Shown here piece after piece: positions 26,460 to 40,159 of a stretch of DNA of 64,000 nt. The stretch covers positions 75,135 through 139,134 of the forward strand of contig NW_015172628.1 of the NCBI RefSeq assembly GCF_001447785.1. Direction: 5' to 3'. Position 1 is the first letter of the stretch; each line of letters starts with the position of its first letter. The position numbers and the translations under genes were made by a program. The stretch is from Gekko japonicus. Its lineage: Eukaryota. The notes beneath the pieces are model-generated. The model saw only the letters and a list, made by a program, of their open reading frames with translations, searched no databases and was not told the DNA's origin.

Positions 26460-27230
26460 GTCTGTGTGTGTGCTAAGTGCCATCAAGTCCCTTCCGAGTT
26501 ATGGCAACCCTATGAATTAATGACCCCAAAAACGTCCAATTGTTGACAGCCTCGCTCAGGTCTTGCAAACTGAGGGCCCTCATGGCTTCCTTGATTGAGT
26601 CAACCCATCTCATGTTGGGTTTTTCTCTTTTCCCCCCGCCTTCAACTTTTTGTAGCATTATTGTCTTTTCCAGTGACTCTTTTGTCTTCTTGTAATGTAA
26701 CCAAAGTACGATTGTCTCAGTTTGGTCATTTTAGCTTCTAGGGAGAGTTCAGGCTTGATTTGATCTAGAACCTTGTCTTTCTGGTGGTCCATGATAATCA
26801 TACTCTCCTCCAATGCCACATTTCAAAGGAATCCACTTTCTTCCTTTCAGCTTTCTTCATTGTCCAATTTTCACACCCATGCATATTAATGGGCAATACT
26901 GTAGTATGAGTTATCTTCATCTTGGTGGCCAGCAACAAATCTTTACACTTAAGGATCTTTTCTAGCTCCTTCAGGGCTGTCCTTCCCACTCTCAAACTCC
27001 TTTTGATTTCTTGGTTGCCATCTCCTTTTTGGTTGATGATTCAGCCAAGGAATAGAAAATCTTGAACAATTTCAATTTCTTCACCATCAGGCTTAAAGCT
27101 GTGTAATTCCTCAGTAGTCATTACTTTTGTATTTTTGATGTTCAGCTCTAATCCTGCTTTGGCACTCTACTTTATCCTTTACCAGTAATCATTTCAAATC
27201 GTCACTATTTTCTGCCAGTAAAGAAGCATC
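26460..27230 (-). mobile_element. RTE-type LINE 3' fragment
   Basis: GRTALKELEKILKCKD...GCENWTMKKAERKKVDSFEMW; KVEGGGKREKPNMRWVDSI; (CA)n-like tail. Confidence 0.8.
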
Positions 27231-27801
27231 TAGTTACTGCCCAAACCCTCACCGATGTGCCTTGTTCTGCCCTTCCCCTTTATGAGGTCCCTTACAATTT
27301 CCCTGTATCTTGATATCAAAACATCCTACGTTTCTTGGGTATGTGCTGTACTACATGTTACAGAGAAGGAAGGTGCAGCAGACATATGACCACCATTTCC
27401 AAAGGGGGATACATATTTCTCGTAAGATCTAGGTTGACTTCTTGAGCAAAACCATGCAGTCTTAAAGCACAAAGATTGTCACACTCATAGTAACTGCATT
27501 TTTAGAGTGGCTCATTGTTGAAATAATGTTTTATTTGTATGTACACAGACAGAGCTGACTAGTCAGCAGTGTGAACAGTTGGCTTTTGCAGCTTACATGG
27601 TGAGTACATTTCAAGAGCCCCTCATCCCTTCAAGTAAAATTTTGTTTATACATAGCCAGAGGGAGATGAATAGTGCAGTCCTAAACACTGCTACCAAATC
27701 CACTTGTATTAGTGGTTTTAGAAGGGTATAACTCCGCTTAGGACTGCTCAGTTAACAAGCCCATAACATACTAATATTCAGTACAAGGTTAAAGTTGCAG
27801 C

Positions 27802-28153
27802 TAGAGTTGCCAGCCCCCCGGTGGGAGTGGGAAAACCCCCACATTTGCAGGATCTTGCCCACCACTGGCCAGCTGGCCAGCAGGGAGCAATCCTGCCCCC
27901 AACTGACCTTTTCAGACCTACTTCCAGTTTTGAGCCTACTTCCGGTTTCAGGCCTACTTTCATTTAGGGGTGAAACTCCAGTTTTGGGGCAAAACACTTT
28001 GGTTTGAAGCCGAATATACCATAGACTTTTGCCCAAAAACCAGAGTGTCACACCCGACTGGAAGTAGGCCCAAAAATGCCCATCGTCACTTCCAGTCTCC
28101 TGGAAGGCCGCTCAGGAGACCCCGCTGGCCAGGTAAGTAGAACTGGCAACCCT
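27802..28153. mobile_element. hAT MITE (TAGGGTTGCCA family)
   Basis: tagagttgccag ... ctggcaacccta termini; TSD eroded. Confidence 0.7.
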
Positions 28154-28359
28154 AGATGTATCCCAGACAAAGCAGAGCTGAAAAAGAGACGAAGAGAAAT
28201 CTATGGTTTTCCTAGAAATTGCCCAGGAAACTCAACTCACACTTTAAAAGTTATTGTGCCACACCACTATTGGTAAATATCAGTCAATTAGCAGCATCCC
28301 CCCCCAAAAAAGTAAAATTCATCAAAGGATAAAGCAGTGGGGGTAACTATCTGTATTAC

Positions 28360-28518
28360 CTGGCCTATCTATGAAGTCACAGTGGCCTAGGCCTGCGATA
28401 TCCATCCTTTTCAGAAAAAGAACCATGCTGATCAGGTTGGATTCCTGTAGTTTGGCTGGTGGAAGTGGCTTCATCTCCTTCTCCATAAATTCTTCAGGAT
28501 AAAGGCAGAAACATTTTC
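28360..28518 (-). CDS. DHX32: DHX32 coding exon 6
   Basis: KCFCLYPEEFMEKEMKPLPPAKLQESNLISMVLFLKRMDIAGLGHCDFIDRP. Acceptor ctggcag, donor gtaata; 159 nt. Confidence 0.95.
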
Positions 28519-28603
28519 CTGCCAGAGAATTCAAAAGCAATCTTGCTTTACACACTATTTTCAGAGTGACATGGTTGTTTACAATTGACAATGATATTTT
28601 TAC

Positions 28604-28703
28604 CTGATGAAGACATGCCTAGAATCTGCTTACGCATCTCAGCTTGGCTTTTGCTAATGGGCTGTATCACAACAGTGTCTGCTCTGATTCTGGGATTGTA
28701 TAC
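28604..28703 (-). CDS. DHX32: DHX32 coding exon 5
   Basis: VYNPRIRADTVVIQPISKSQAEMRKQILGMSSSG. Acceptor ttgcaag, donor gtaaaa; 100 nt, followed by an 85-nt intron. Confidence 0.95.
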
Positions 28704-31364
28704 CTTGCAATATGAAAAGAAACATGACTGTGGTAAAGAAGAAAGATTGATCAAACAGCAAATGGGTTTGCATTAGGTTTCTTGTTTTGCTTGGGAAGGA
28801 TTCCCCCCCCCCTTATATTTTATAAAATACTTGGCTGTAACTTCATGTACTTTTCAAAATATTTATTATTGTTTTGTCTCGAAACAGAAAACTGAAAGTA
28901 CCTTGAGATATTAACTGAAACACAGATTGCTTCTGTCAGGAGTACTGTAGTTTTGCTGAAATAAACACTGTCATCCCTTATTTCCTTCAAAACAATACCC
29001 AAGGTAATCCTATTGGCTCAAAAGAGTCCCATTTCCTCCTTTCTTGCATATGCAGCAGCAGTAGCCATTGTGTTTAAATGGGAGGTCTATGACCACTTCA
29101 GTATCACCCCTGTATAATCCCCATCCATCAGTACAAACTACAAATTCAAGATCTTGAATAGTCTTTATTGAGTGGTGAGAAAGGATTAGGATGGGATATG
29201 AGATCTTCATGTAGACCTTCCATTCAGCATAATGACCATCTAGGGCTGTGTGAGAGGATGGGTAACTGGACATGGTAAGAAGGCATTGACTGGATTATGC
29301 TCACAGCATTTGCCATTTACAGAAGACCATGGTAAGAGAATAGTTTGTCTGTCTGGTTTTCTTTATTAAAAGGGAAGATTCACACTATAGTTAGTTAATG
29401 TTCTGTTCCATCTAAACTCTGGGCTTAATCTACTGGCTCACAAGTACACATCCAAATGGAGTTCAGATGCCGTTTATATATGCAATGAATTCACCACCCA
29501 ATCCATGTGCTTGCACTTAAGTGCTTATATTGTGCTAATCTTCACAATTCAAATCTGACTGGGCAGCAGCAGGATCAGTGCTTGCTTTGCAGTGTGCACA
29601 CCTATCTTTAGATTTCCTACGGTGGTGGGGCAGGGGGAAGAAGGCAACTGTTTTATCTAGGTGATGAAATGTTCCTTGAAGAAGTTATTTTGATCAACTT
29701 CCTTCTCTTCCCTCATTTGTCTGCCCCCTCAGAAACTGCAGAAAGCAGCCACTTGGGCCTTCCCTCAACAACATATAAAACCAAAATGTTTGTGCACATG
29801 TAAACATTGGTTCTGTATTTCTGGCTCCTTGGACCACCGAGAAAATCATCAGGAGACACCAGCCAATATGTACAATATATACACAGATTAATTAAACCTC
29901 GATATCACAATTTTACTTTTCAATCAGTATCTTCCTTCTGCTTTTTGTTGACTCAGTTACGTACGTGCAGAGTAAGGCATGCTTGCCCAACTTCTGACCT
30001 AACAACCCAATCGCAATCCAGCAGCCTGCTTTAACTGCCCAGCACCACCTTGTTAGACCCCTAGAAGGCTCCAATGACTTACCTGGAGAATCACAAGTCC
30101 TGAGGGGCTCTTATAAGGGAACAAAGAGCCAAAAACTCACTGTGTAATCCTATGGGGAGATACTTAGATCAGAGTAACTCTTCATAGGATTGTACTCTGT
30201 GACACTTATGATCTAACCTACTAGATTTTTTATAAACTCTGTGAAGATTCCATCCTCCCCAAATATTGATTAACTATCCCTATACCGCAGGAGGGAAAAC
30301 ACAGTCTCTTATCACAGCAACTGAAAACTATTGGGTACAACTGGCACAGCACATATTCATGCTTCGATTTCATAGAAGACTGCCACCCTAAGCAGCATGT
30401 ACAGATTGAGACTGGAGGCTCTAATATGCATTCAGATCTCCCATGCCTGGAATAGTTTCTGCATCCAGTTTAACAAAGGGAGCTAATCTGCACTCACGTT
30501 CCTTTGTGAATGAAGACTGGCTACATCTACTGAGCTTGACCTGTGCAGGACAGCAGCAGTTTTAAACTGTGTTTTGGGATACCCTGAAGGCAGAAAATCA
30601 GGAAACACTACAATTTAGGGTATACAACTTAGAATAACGTTGGTGCTATATGTATGTTAAATAGCAGCACTAGTTGTAGAAGCATTGTAAATAGCATCTC
30701 TGACTCAGGTGGCTTCATTGGCCATCTATTTGGCACAGTGCTAGTAATCAACATGTAATAGTCTTATTATTCCAAATTTTCATTGCAAGGTGACTGTCTC
30801 CAAGTCAGCTTGTCTACAGATGTCAGACTAAACAAGGAATTCTGGATTGGGCTGAATAGCTAACCAACAATGCAAACAAACCCACTGTATTTTTGTTCCT
30901 AGCACAGGGCAAGGAAATGGGTAAACTTGATTGAGAGTTCCTTGAAATTAAAACAGGCTAGCTTAGCAGTGTGAAAAAACCGGCTACTGAAAATCACGTT
31001 TGAGGAGAAAACCCTATTATGCTTTATATATACACATCTCACACCCACACCCAAACGCAAAACCTCATTTTCTCTAGATATGTTTTATGCCTTTCAAGAC
31101 CAGTGCACCATCCAAGTGGTTGCTTGGGGGCACCAAACCAAATCCCCTGTGGAACCAAAGGGGAATAGTTGACAAGCATAATTTGCATCTGCTGCTGCCT
31201 CCCAGCCCAGCTGGGTCTGAACTTCTGCAGCCCCTTGGAGCCAGGACAGCAAGAGTAGAGAGAAGATGCATGCCCCATTCCCGCCTGAACAGCTACCCTT
31301 TCCCCAGAGACAAGGGGAACACACAGGGGAAGGGGCAGCTGTCTTGGAGATGGGTAGCAGTGGT

Positions 31365-31570
31365 CAGTGTTCCCTCTAAGCTGAGTTAGTGTGAGTTAGC
31401 TCACAGTTTTTTAGCCTCCAGTTCACAGATTTTTGTCTTAGCTCAGGAAGGATGGCCCCAGAGCAAACTAATTTATGCAGTAGCTAAATCGCTTGCTCAC
31501 AACTTTAATGTCAGTAGCTCACGAAGTAGAATTTTTGCTCACAAGACTCCACAGTTTAGAGGGAGCATTG
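31365..31570. mobile_element. hAT MITE
   Basis: TIRs cagtgttccctctaa / ttagagggagcattg; 8-bp TSD gcagtggt. Confidence 0.88.
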
Positions 31571-31689
31571 GCAGTGGTATAAATTGAGGGAGCACACCTT
31601 TTCCCATGCCACAGTCATGCCACTTGGGGTGGTAAAAATGAGCCAGCATTGGTAAAATTTATAATATTAACCTCTGTTATTTTACTTAC

Positions 31690-31929
31690 CTTTCGTCTCT
31701 GTATCCCAGTATCTATAACAAAGGACACTCTTTTGGACAAAACCAGAGATTCCCCCATACTTGTGGTTAGCAACACTTTCCTTCTGTAATTTTTGCAAGG
31801 CTTTTCTTCATTTGACTTGAGGATTCTCTCTTGTTCATTGGGAAACAAAGGAACAGGGACCAATTCACCAAGATCAGGATTTAAATTATGCCCCTCTTGC
31901 CGAATAATCCAGAAGGCATTTCCTATTTC
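31690..31929 (-). CDS. DHX32: DHX32 coding exon 4
   Basis: EIGNAFWIIRQEGHNLNPDLGELVPVPLFP...FVIDTGIQRRK. Acceptor cttatag, donor gtaagt; 240 nt. Confidence 0.95.
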
Positions 31930-33007
31930 CTATAAGCATTTAAGACATTTTCCATGAGTATTAAAACAGGCTCAATTGTCAAATTTGAATCTATTCTTTT
32001 TTAAAAATGGATTTTATCTCTATGAAGCTCTAATGGCAAAAACAGAACAGCCGTATTGATGATTAAACTGGGAAAACTGGATCAGAACTATGTATGGAAA
32101 CTTCAGACATTGTAATGTGGTGATTTTGTTTCTTGAGGAATTTATTTCAGCTTGGGAAAAGACTCTCTTCTTTTTCACCACCCCAATTTTCTAAAGTGTA
32201 ATTGTCTGAACAGATTTATACCATTTGATAGTCTACCATAGCCACACCAATCTCACAGAAAGACATTCTACTATCCATAACAATACTTCAACGTGCTATT
32301 AGAACAGTAATATAGAAAAATTATAACACAGCCACTAGATTTTCCATATCTGTGTGCTCCACACACTCTGATCAGAAATAGTAAGAATTAATTTGGAAGA
32401 ATATCTATGTAGTTAACTTTGAAAATTGCTATGTTCTTAGTCTACTTAGAATTTAAAGTATCACAAATGTCATAAACCATGTATGAAAGCGACTAATTTT
32501 TCTTTATCTCTAATAAAATAATAGGACATATAGAGGAATTGTAAATTTTATTTACAGCTTTCTTCCCAGTGTCACATGAACTCTCTGGGGGTAATAAAGA
32601 TCAATAAAATGCTAAAAGAAGCCATTAATTAAAAATTAAGTTTGAGAATTTAAAGGCATATAAGAAAAAAAATTCTAAAGATTAAAATAAGCTTCAAAGC
32701 CCTTGTTAAATTATATCATTATTCTTTTCTACTGCTATAAAATTATTCTTTACAACATATATGGAAAGAAGTACAATGTGATTTAAACTACTTTTTTCTC
32801 TCCTGAAGCTTAAAGAACCTTATCTGCATACTTCTCAGTTTCCTCAAATACTAACTCATACCAGCATCAGAACTTTGTGCCAGCTTTCATTGTATCTAGG
32901 CCTTTAAAATGCTGATCAATAAGTCTGCACAATAGGGCCAAGGACAGAAGGGGGGTATTCTTACAACCCTGAGGGAAGCCCCAGATTTCCAGAAAAATAT
33001 GAACTGT

Positions 33008-33355
33008 AAAAAACAAAAACAAAAAAATTAGGGACTATTACGAGACTGTTCTCTCCATGTACACAACTCCAATCCATGTAGGCAACACTTATCAGTAGAA
33101 AGAAACTTACCCAGATGACAAGTTTATTAGCACAGAAATGAGGTAGCTGTGTTTAGTTATGGAACCTCATTCAGTGCCATCAAAAACCAAAACCAAAAAC
33201 CATTAGGGACTATTACAAGACTGTTCTCTCAATGTAAACAACTCCAATCCATGTAGGCAACACCTATCAGTAGAAAGAAACTTACCCAGATGACAAGTTT
33301 ATTAGCACAGAAATGAGGTAGCTGTGTTTAGTTATGGAACCTCATTCAGTGCCAT
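33008..33355. repeat. Local tandem duplication (~174-bp unit, 2 copies)
   Basis: attagggactattac...gaacctcattcagtgccat repeated back to back with few mismatches. Confidence 0.92.
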
Positions 33356-34251
33356 GGAACATGAGAACTAGTGATAAAGAAGAGTGTCTCTCTAAATATA
33401 TGTAGAATACATTTACCACACAACGGAACAACCAAATCACACATTGTAGGCCGTGATCACACAGGCAGTTTAGCCCGACACAGGCACTCCGCCCCTCCGG
33501 ATCAAATGGGCGCAGTCAGACGCCCCTTCGGATCAAATGGGAACAGTCAGACAGACACATCTGTCAGGCGTTCCCCAGCCATACTTATCCCATCACAGGA
33601 TGACTTGGAGCCGGGTTAAAAAGGCACCACATCACAAGTGGTGTTTTCAGTTCCCCACACAGTCATTGCGCATGGCCGGATGTCTGAATGTGGGGGAGCG
33701 TACACAGAATGGTTTTGGCAGTCTGAATTGTGAAAATATTTTTGCAGCATGCTCCGTGGCTGAGGTGCTGCAATAATGTGGAGGCTTTACCATGGGATTC
33801 TCTGAGGGTAACTTGCAGCAGGGTGTGCTGTATGGCTGATATGCCCCGCAACACTTTCAACTGGTTCAACTAGAGGCGGCACCATATCACGCCAAGCCAC
33901 CAGTGTGACCACAGTCATAGACAGCATTAAGAAACAGAACTTCTAGGCTAGAATGAAATTACAGGTAGGCATATGACCAGGCATATCTCACTTAAAAATG
34001 TACCGCAGCAGTCTTAATATAACAAGAAATTGTTAAATACCTTGTACAGCAGGATCATTTCATCTGAGGCTACAGCAGACTGCTACTGGAAACTCTTGGA
34101 AGCAGCTTCCTACTTTTCATTCAGTGTGACATGAATACCCACCTCACTTCATGAATACCAGGTGTGAGTTTTGATGGGCTACAAAAATCGCTTATCCCCA
34201 CATGTAGGAACATGCATACAGAAATTTTCTACATGTTATTAAATTACTTAC

Positions 34252-34624
34252 TTGTTCACAGGCTAGAAAGATCACAACATCACCTCTCCTTTTGGAATTA
34301 TGAATTTCAAAAAGCAGCCTTAAAGCAGACAAGAAATAATCTTTTTGAATGCCAGAGGTATATGCAACTTCTGTCTGGTTCTGGCTTTGTACTCTTATGA
34401 GAGGTACAGGGCCATAATATGCCTGTAGTTTGCTGGACAACTGAAGAGATGTGATGATAATTAGTTTCAGCTCTGGCCTCAGTATCAAGACATCTTTAAG
34501 GAGTCCAAGCAGTACATCTGTGGGGACAGTCCTTTCAAGCACACAATCTATGATGATGATTCCATAACTGCTTAGAAGGGGACTGGACATCATTTCTCTT
34601 TGAAGCATGTCATCTGTACTGAAT
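34252..34624 (-). CDS. DHX32: DHX32 coding exon 3
   Basis: FSTDDMLQREMMSSPLLSSYGIIIIDCVLER...DVVIFLACEQ. Acceptor ttacag, donor gtaagt; 373 nt, restores phase 0. Confidence 0.95.
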
Positions 34625-34919
34625 CTGTAACCATGCAAAACAAAGAAATGTTACTGCATAAAATTAAACACTGAGAGATGACACAGGTTGGGGTAAACAA
34701 AACAAAACCTTTAAGCTACATGGGATTGGGTAAATCATTTCCTTCAGAAAGTGTGATCCATGAATGAATTAACACATGGCAGTAGGAATGTGTCTTAGTT
34801 TTGAGTGAGGGAACTGCAGCAGATAGGATATGCCATGTCAAGGTTATGCTGCCACACCTGTAAAAGGCCAGAGTCCAATGCACCCAGTGACATAAAATCC
34901 CATTGACTGCAGTAGATGG

Positions 34920-35105
34920 TGAGTGTGTAAAGTTCTCAGCCAATTTATGGAGACCCAAGCAATGGGCTTTCAAGACAAATGAGAAGCAGAGTTGAATTGC
35001 CATTGCCTTCCTCTGCAGAGTCCTCCTTGGTAGTCTCCCTTCCAAGTACTGAGCCTGCTTAGTTTCCGAGATCTGACGAGATTGGGCTATACCATGCTGC
35101 TTTCC
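34920..35105 (-). mobile_element. 5S rRNA-derived SINE with RTE-like tail
   Basis: Minus strand gcccaatctcgtcagatctcggaaactaagcagg...cagtacttggaagggagac aligns to 5S rRNA GCCCGATCTCGTCTGATCTCGGAAGCTAAGCAGG...TAGTACTTGGATGGGAGAC. Confidence 0.8.
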
Positions 35106-36114
35106 CTCTCGCAGTAGATCTTAAACATGTTGAAATACATGCTAGACTTAGAGCACAGAGCTGATCTATGTTCAGGAAAATGGCAGTCAATAAGCCCGCT
35201 TTGCGGGGAGGGAGGGCTAAAAATCCCAATAAATAAAATAAATAAATAAATATAATCTAACAGTTTTTTCAGAACAGGAAAACAAATGTGACAGAGCTTG
35301 AGAAAATTTTGCAATTTGCTTAAGCTTGAGAAAACTCTGCGATTTGCTTATTCTATTTCAAATTGCATATTAAAACACTGGCTTTAATCCCACCTAAAAT
35401 TTCTAAAGATAGAAGGGGAGAAATTCTCACAGATTCCCCTCTTATAACACACCCCAAACTACTCCTTTTAGGAAAATTTAGGAAGGGTCCAAGCAATAGT
35501 TTTAAAATACATTTTTAAAAGCATAAAGTCAAAATCACCAGAGGTGAATAATATTATTTAAAATCCGATATATTTTAAAACTTCCATGAAATATAGATTG
35601 TACAGATATTCCCAAGATTAATTACCCTTTATATTCAGGACACTGAATATACCATTTCAATCAAGGCACCTGACAGCCTGGATTGTTTGTAACCTTCCCA
35701 CAATCTCCTCATCCCCTCAGATAGACATGAGAAACCAACTACCAGAAGGGGAATTGTCACAGAGTGCTGAGGATGGACCTCCACCCATTCTGGTGATAAG
35801 CCTCGATTTGAGACCAAACCGAACAGCTCAACTGTGCTTGCTCCTGTGAGACTGGAGACTTGTTCTTGAAACAACCAGAGATGACCCATCTGCTCCAACA
35901 TGTCATCTTGACTATCAAGCAAGGTCATCCTTGTGCCCTGATTCCCCTTTCTGTGGTATACCATTGAGCAGGAGGTATGTAACATGCAATTGATGGAGCC
36001 CCATAGTTATAGTACCTAAGCTGGATGGGGCAATCCATTTTTACATTAATTTCAGGGTTAGTTGCGGCCTTTGACACATACCTCATGTTATGGATGGACA
36101 TCATGATTTTTTAA

Positions 36115-37550
36115 AATTTAATCTTTATTTATCATTACATTTATATCCCGCCCTCCCCGCGGATGGGCTCAGGGTGGCTTACAAATAAGGGCAGCATGTG
36201 CCAGTAAAACAATAAAATCACACATAAAAACAACCATTATCAACAATAATAAAGTGCTCAAAGATGTTACCAATTTAGTCAAATCAAGATGGTGACCTGT
36301 AACTATACCCAAAAGCCCACATCAACGGCATCGACTCATCTCAGTACTGCTGCGAGATCCCATTACCCCATTGTTACCACAGAGTAGTTGTTGTTGGTGG
36401 TAGTGGCGGCTCCTAATTAAAAGCCTGGCGGAAGAGCTCCATCTTGCAGGCCCTGCAGAACTGTGAAAGGTCCCGCAGGGCCCTGATCTCCTCCGGGAGC
36501 TCATTCCACCAGGTAGGAGCTGCCACTGAAAAGGCCTTGGCCCTGGTTGCCACAGGCCTGGCCTCCCTGGGGCCTGGGATCACTAGACGATGTTGGGCCC
36601 CTGACCGTAGTGCTCTCTGGGGTATGTATGGGAAAAGGCGGTCCCTCAGGTACGTCGGACCCTGGCCATATAAGGCTTTAAAGGTAAGCACCAGCACTTT
36701 GAAGTGAATTTGGAAAGCTATTGGGAGCCAGTGCAGCGCTTTCAGCACAGGCTGGATGTGCTCCCATCGAGGGAGGCCCATCAAAAGCCTGGCTGCAGTA
36801 TTCTGCACTAGCTGCAGCTTCCGGACCTGCAAGAAAGGCAGCCCCATGTAGAGAGCATTATAGTAGTCTAATCTCGAGGTGACCATCACATGGATCACTG
36901 TAGCCAGGACGTCACGGTCGAGGAAGGGGACCAACTACTGAATCAGCTGAAGATGATAAAAAGCCAAGCCGGCAGCGGCTGTTACCTGGGCCTCCATAGT
37001 TAAGGAGAAATCCAGGTGCACTCCCAAACTCCAAACCTTTGGCGCTGGCACCAAAGGTGTCCCATCGAAGGCTGGGAGAGGAAGCCCCATCCCCAAACCA
37101 CTCTGACCCAGACACAGGACCTCCGTCTTCGCTGGATTTAGTTTCAGCCGGCTCAGTCTAAGCCAACCAGCCACAGCTTGTAACGCCCGGTTAAGATCTT
37201 CTGGGCTGGAGTCCGATCGGCCACCCAACATCAGATAGAGCTGGGTGTCATCTGCATATTGTTGACACCCTAGCCCGTACCTCCTGGCAATCTGGGCAAG
37301 GGGGCGCATATAGATGTTAGCATCGGGGAAAGCACAGCCCCCTGGGGCACACCGCATTCGAGTGGGTGCCTTCGGAACTGCTGTTCCCCTATCACCACCC
37401 TTTGTCCCCGACCTTGGAGGAAAGAGGCAAACCATTGATGGGCAAGCCCCTGTATCCCCGCATCGGCGAGACGGTGGGTCAGCAGCTGATGGTCGACCGT
37501 ATCAAAGGCGGCCGACAGATCTAACAACATCAGATCTACAACAACAAAAT
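36115..37550 (-). mobile_element. 5'-truncated L2-type LINE
   Basis: LLDLSAAFDTVDH, GVPQGAVLSP, YADDTQLY, SRLDYYNALY, LHWLPI; a few frameshifts. Confidence 0.9.
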
Positions 37551-38428
37551 CAGATCTAAGCCATTTATGTGCAGCCAAGTACTTTTATCAGACTGGAACT
37601 CACAAAAGGGTACTGGCAGGTTCTCTTGAGGGAACAAGACTGGATAAAAACAGCCTTTGCCACCCTACAAGGTCCTTATCAGTCCAGGACAACGCCATTC
37701 AGTCTCAACAGGGTTGCTGCAATCTTTCAACAACTGGTGGACCAAGTGCTAAACCTCTATAGAACCTTTCCCACAGTTTATATCAATGCCATCCTCATCT
37801 ATAGTAGCAGATGACTGGAGCATCTAGCTCATCTGAAACCGATGCTAGCAGCATTATGGAAGGATTCTCAGATGCCTAATACATGAGGCATTTGGTGGGT
37901 AAAGGCCTTGAAACACATGCCTTGATCTAAGACCCAAAAGCAAGTTTTCTTGGCCTTATCAGCTATTATAAACGATTTCCCCCCTCATTTTGCTTCCATT
38001 ACCAGCCCGTGACAGATTGGCTCCAGAAGAACATGCCAGATCCTGTGCAATGGACAGCATGTTGCGACAGAGCCTACCAAACACTGCAGGGCACCTTGAC
38101 TAGCTTCCAATACTGCATAACCCAGACTTCACACAACCATTCATGCTGCATATAGATTCCTCAAACACTGGCTGGGTCCTCTCACAGAAACAAGACAGGC
38201 AGGAAAACCCACTTGTGTACCTGAGCCAGAAGCTGTAGCCCTGCCAGCAAGCTTGGTCAGCAACTGAAAAGAGGCCCTAGCCATCAAATAGGCTATTGGG
38301 GTCCTGTAATACTTTCTCTCTGGGAACCACTTTACAGTTATTACTGATCATGCCCCCCTCCAATGGTTTTACTCAGCCAAGGATCACAATGCATATCTTT
38401 TATGATGGTAACTTTCTCTGCTTCCTTT

Positions 38429-40159
38429 TTTTTAAGACCCCCGGAGGGGATTTTTTATTTTTATAATACTACATAAACTACAAAGAAAAGAAGGGAAGGG
38501 GAACTACGACTAAGGAGAAAGAAAAGTAACCCACACTAAACTAAAAACCCAAGAGTAGGAGATCATTACCCTGTTAGACTGCAGTTAGTAATGAAAAAAA
38601 AATAAACAGTATACTTTGTGAGATCCTGTCTTTCTAAGCTTATGTGTTAGTTTATTACTTGTTATGAGAAGATTTCCAGAGCATCTCCTCCAGCTCTCTT
38701 CGTAAGGGCAATTTTCAGAGTCCTTCCGCCTTTACATCTATGCTAATTCTCTCTAAAGTCTTGATGGCTTCTTAGACGTTCACTCGAAATTCTGCAACCC
38801 TCCTCCATCTCCAAAGGGATAACACCGCCAATCTTAAGCCTCTTCCTTCTTGGTCTCANNNNNNNNNNNNNNNNNNNNNNNNNNNNNNNNNNNNNNNNNN
38901 NNNNNNNNNNNNNNNNNNNNNNNNNNNNNNNNNNNNNNNNNNNNNNNNNNNNNNNNNNNNNNNNNNNNNNNNNNNNNNNNNNNNNNNNNNNNNNNNNNNN
39001 NNNNNNNNNNNNNNNNNNNNNNNNNNNNNNNNNNNNNNNNNNNNNNNNNNNNNNNNNNNNNNNNNNNNNNNNNNNNNNNNNNNNNNNNNNNNNNNNNNNN
39101 NNNNNNNNNNNNNNNNNNNNGAATTTAAGACGACACTTTCTAAAGTCTTAACCACTTGAGGAGTTAAGTCCTTGTAAATCTTTTCTGTTTCTCTCCTGCG
39201 AGATCTCTGTTAGTTTTAGTGTCCATATCTTTTGCTTTGACAGCCCTCTGTTCCATCTTTTCTGCTATTGTTGCCAACTGCAGCTGCCGGGACACGAGTT
39301 GTTGATTTATCTTGGCAAACTGATGGTTAATACCAACAAGTTGCTCAAGAATCGGCTTGGTGGCTTCTGCTATGAGTTCTATAACTTTCACTTCCCTTCT
39401 TCTTGGAGTTGTTTTCGCTGACTTTTTTGGAGTGTCCGCCATTTTTACACTTTAATTCCAATATAAAATCATTTTCTCCCCGGCTCTGAAAATCGCTTAC
39501 ATGCTGTTTAGTCGCTTAAATACTCATGGATATCTCCCACAGCTTTCCGCTTCAAAATATCTGTTTACAATTGTCTCTTTCTCTCTCTCCCTCCTCTGCT
39601 TATCTAAATGCGTCAGAGAGGTCTCCCTCTCTCAGCACGATTCCAGTCACTCAAGAGGTTTCGGGGGGGATTTTAGCTTCAAAGTGTCCGTTTACAATTG
39701 TCTCTCTCTCTCTCTCCTCCCTCCTCTGCTTATGCAAATGCGTCTGAGAGGTGTCCCTCTCAGCAAAATTCCAATCGCTCAAAAGATTTTGGAGGGGGGG
39801 GATTTACACTTCCGTTTACGGTTCACTCATTTTAACTCACAGTTCATTGTTTCTTAACCACGCTCGTAATCGCTCCTTCGCCAGATCTCCTGCGCTTGAC
39901 TGGGTCGGCACATCTTGTGCCTCGCTAAGAGGACGCAGACAGCGGAGAGGACCGTCAGGGCGGAGGGCAGCCTCAATTCCCCTGCATATAGCAGGAAAAG
40001 AGGCTCACCCTCAAAAGCCCTATGGCCTAGGGGGCCTCCCTGACCCCCCGTGGAGGCGCCGATCCAGCGGCACCCCTCCCCTCCGCTGCTGTGCGGAGCG
40101 CCCTCCCTGAGCCTCGGGAAAGGTGTCTGCCATCGTTGCGCCGTAGACCCCACCTCCAC
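38429..40159 (-). mobile_element. Non-autonomous retroposon, copy B, with 17-bp TSD and poly(A)
   Basis: TSD ctttctctgcttccttt at 38412-38428 and 40160-40176; A-tail preceded by AATAAA on minus; ORF MADTPKKSAKTTPRRREV... begins at 39442. Confidence 0.85.

Noticed and set aside
35010-35092. Functional 5S rRNA gene
   Set aside because: Partial, internally deleted and fused to a SINE tail.
38850-39155. ORFs made of X residues (also 54786-55319 and 62126-62597)
   Set aside because: Artefacts of N gaps.
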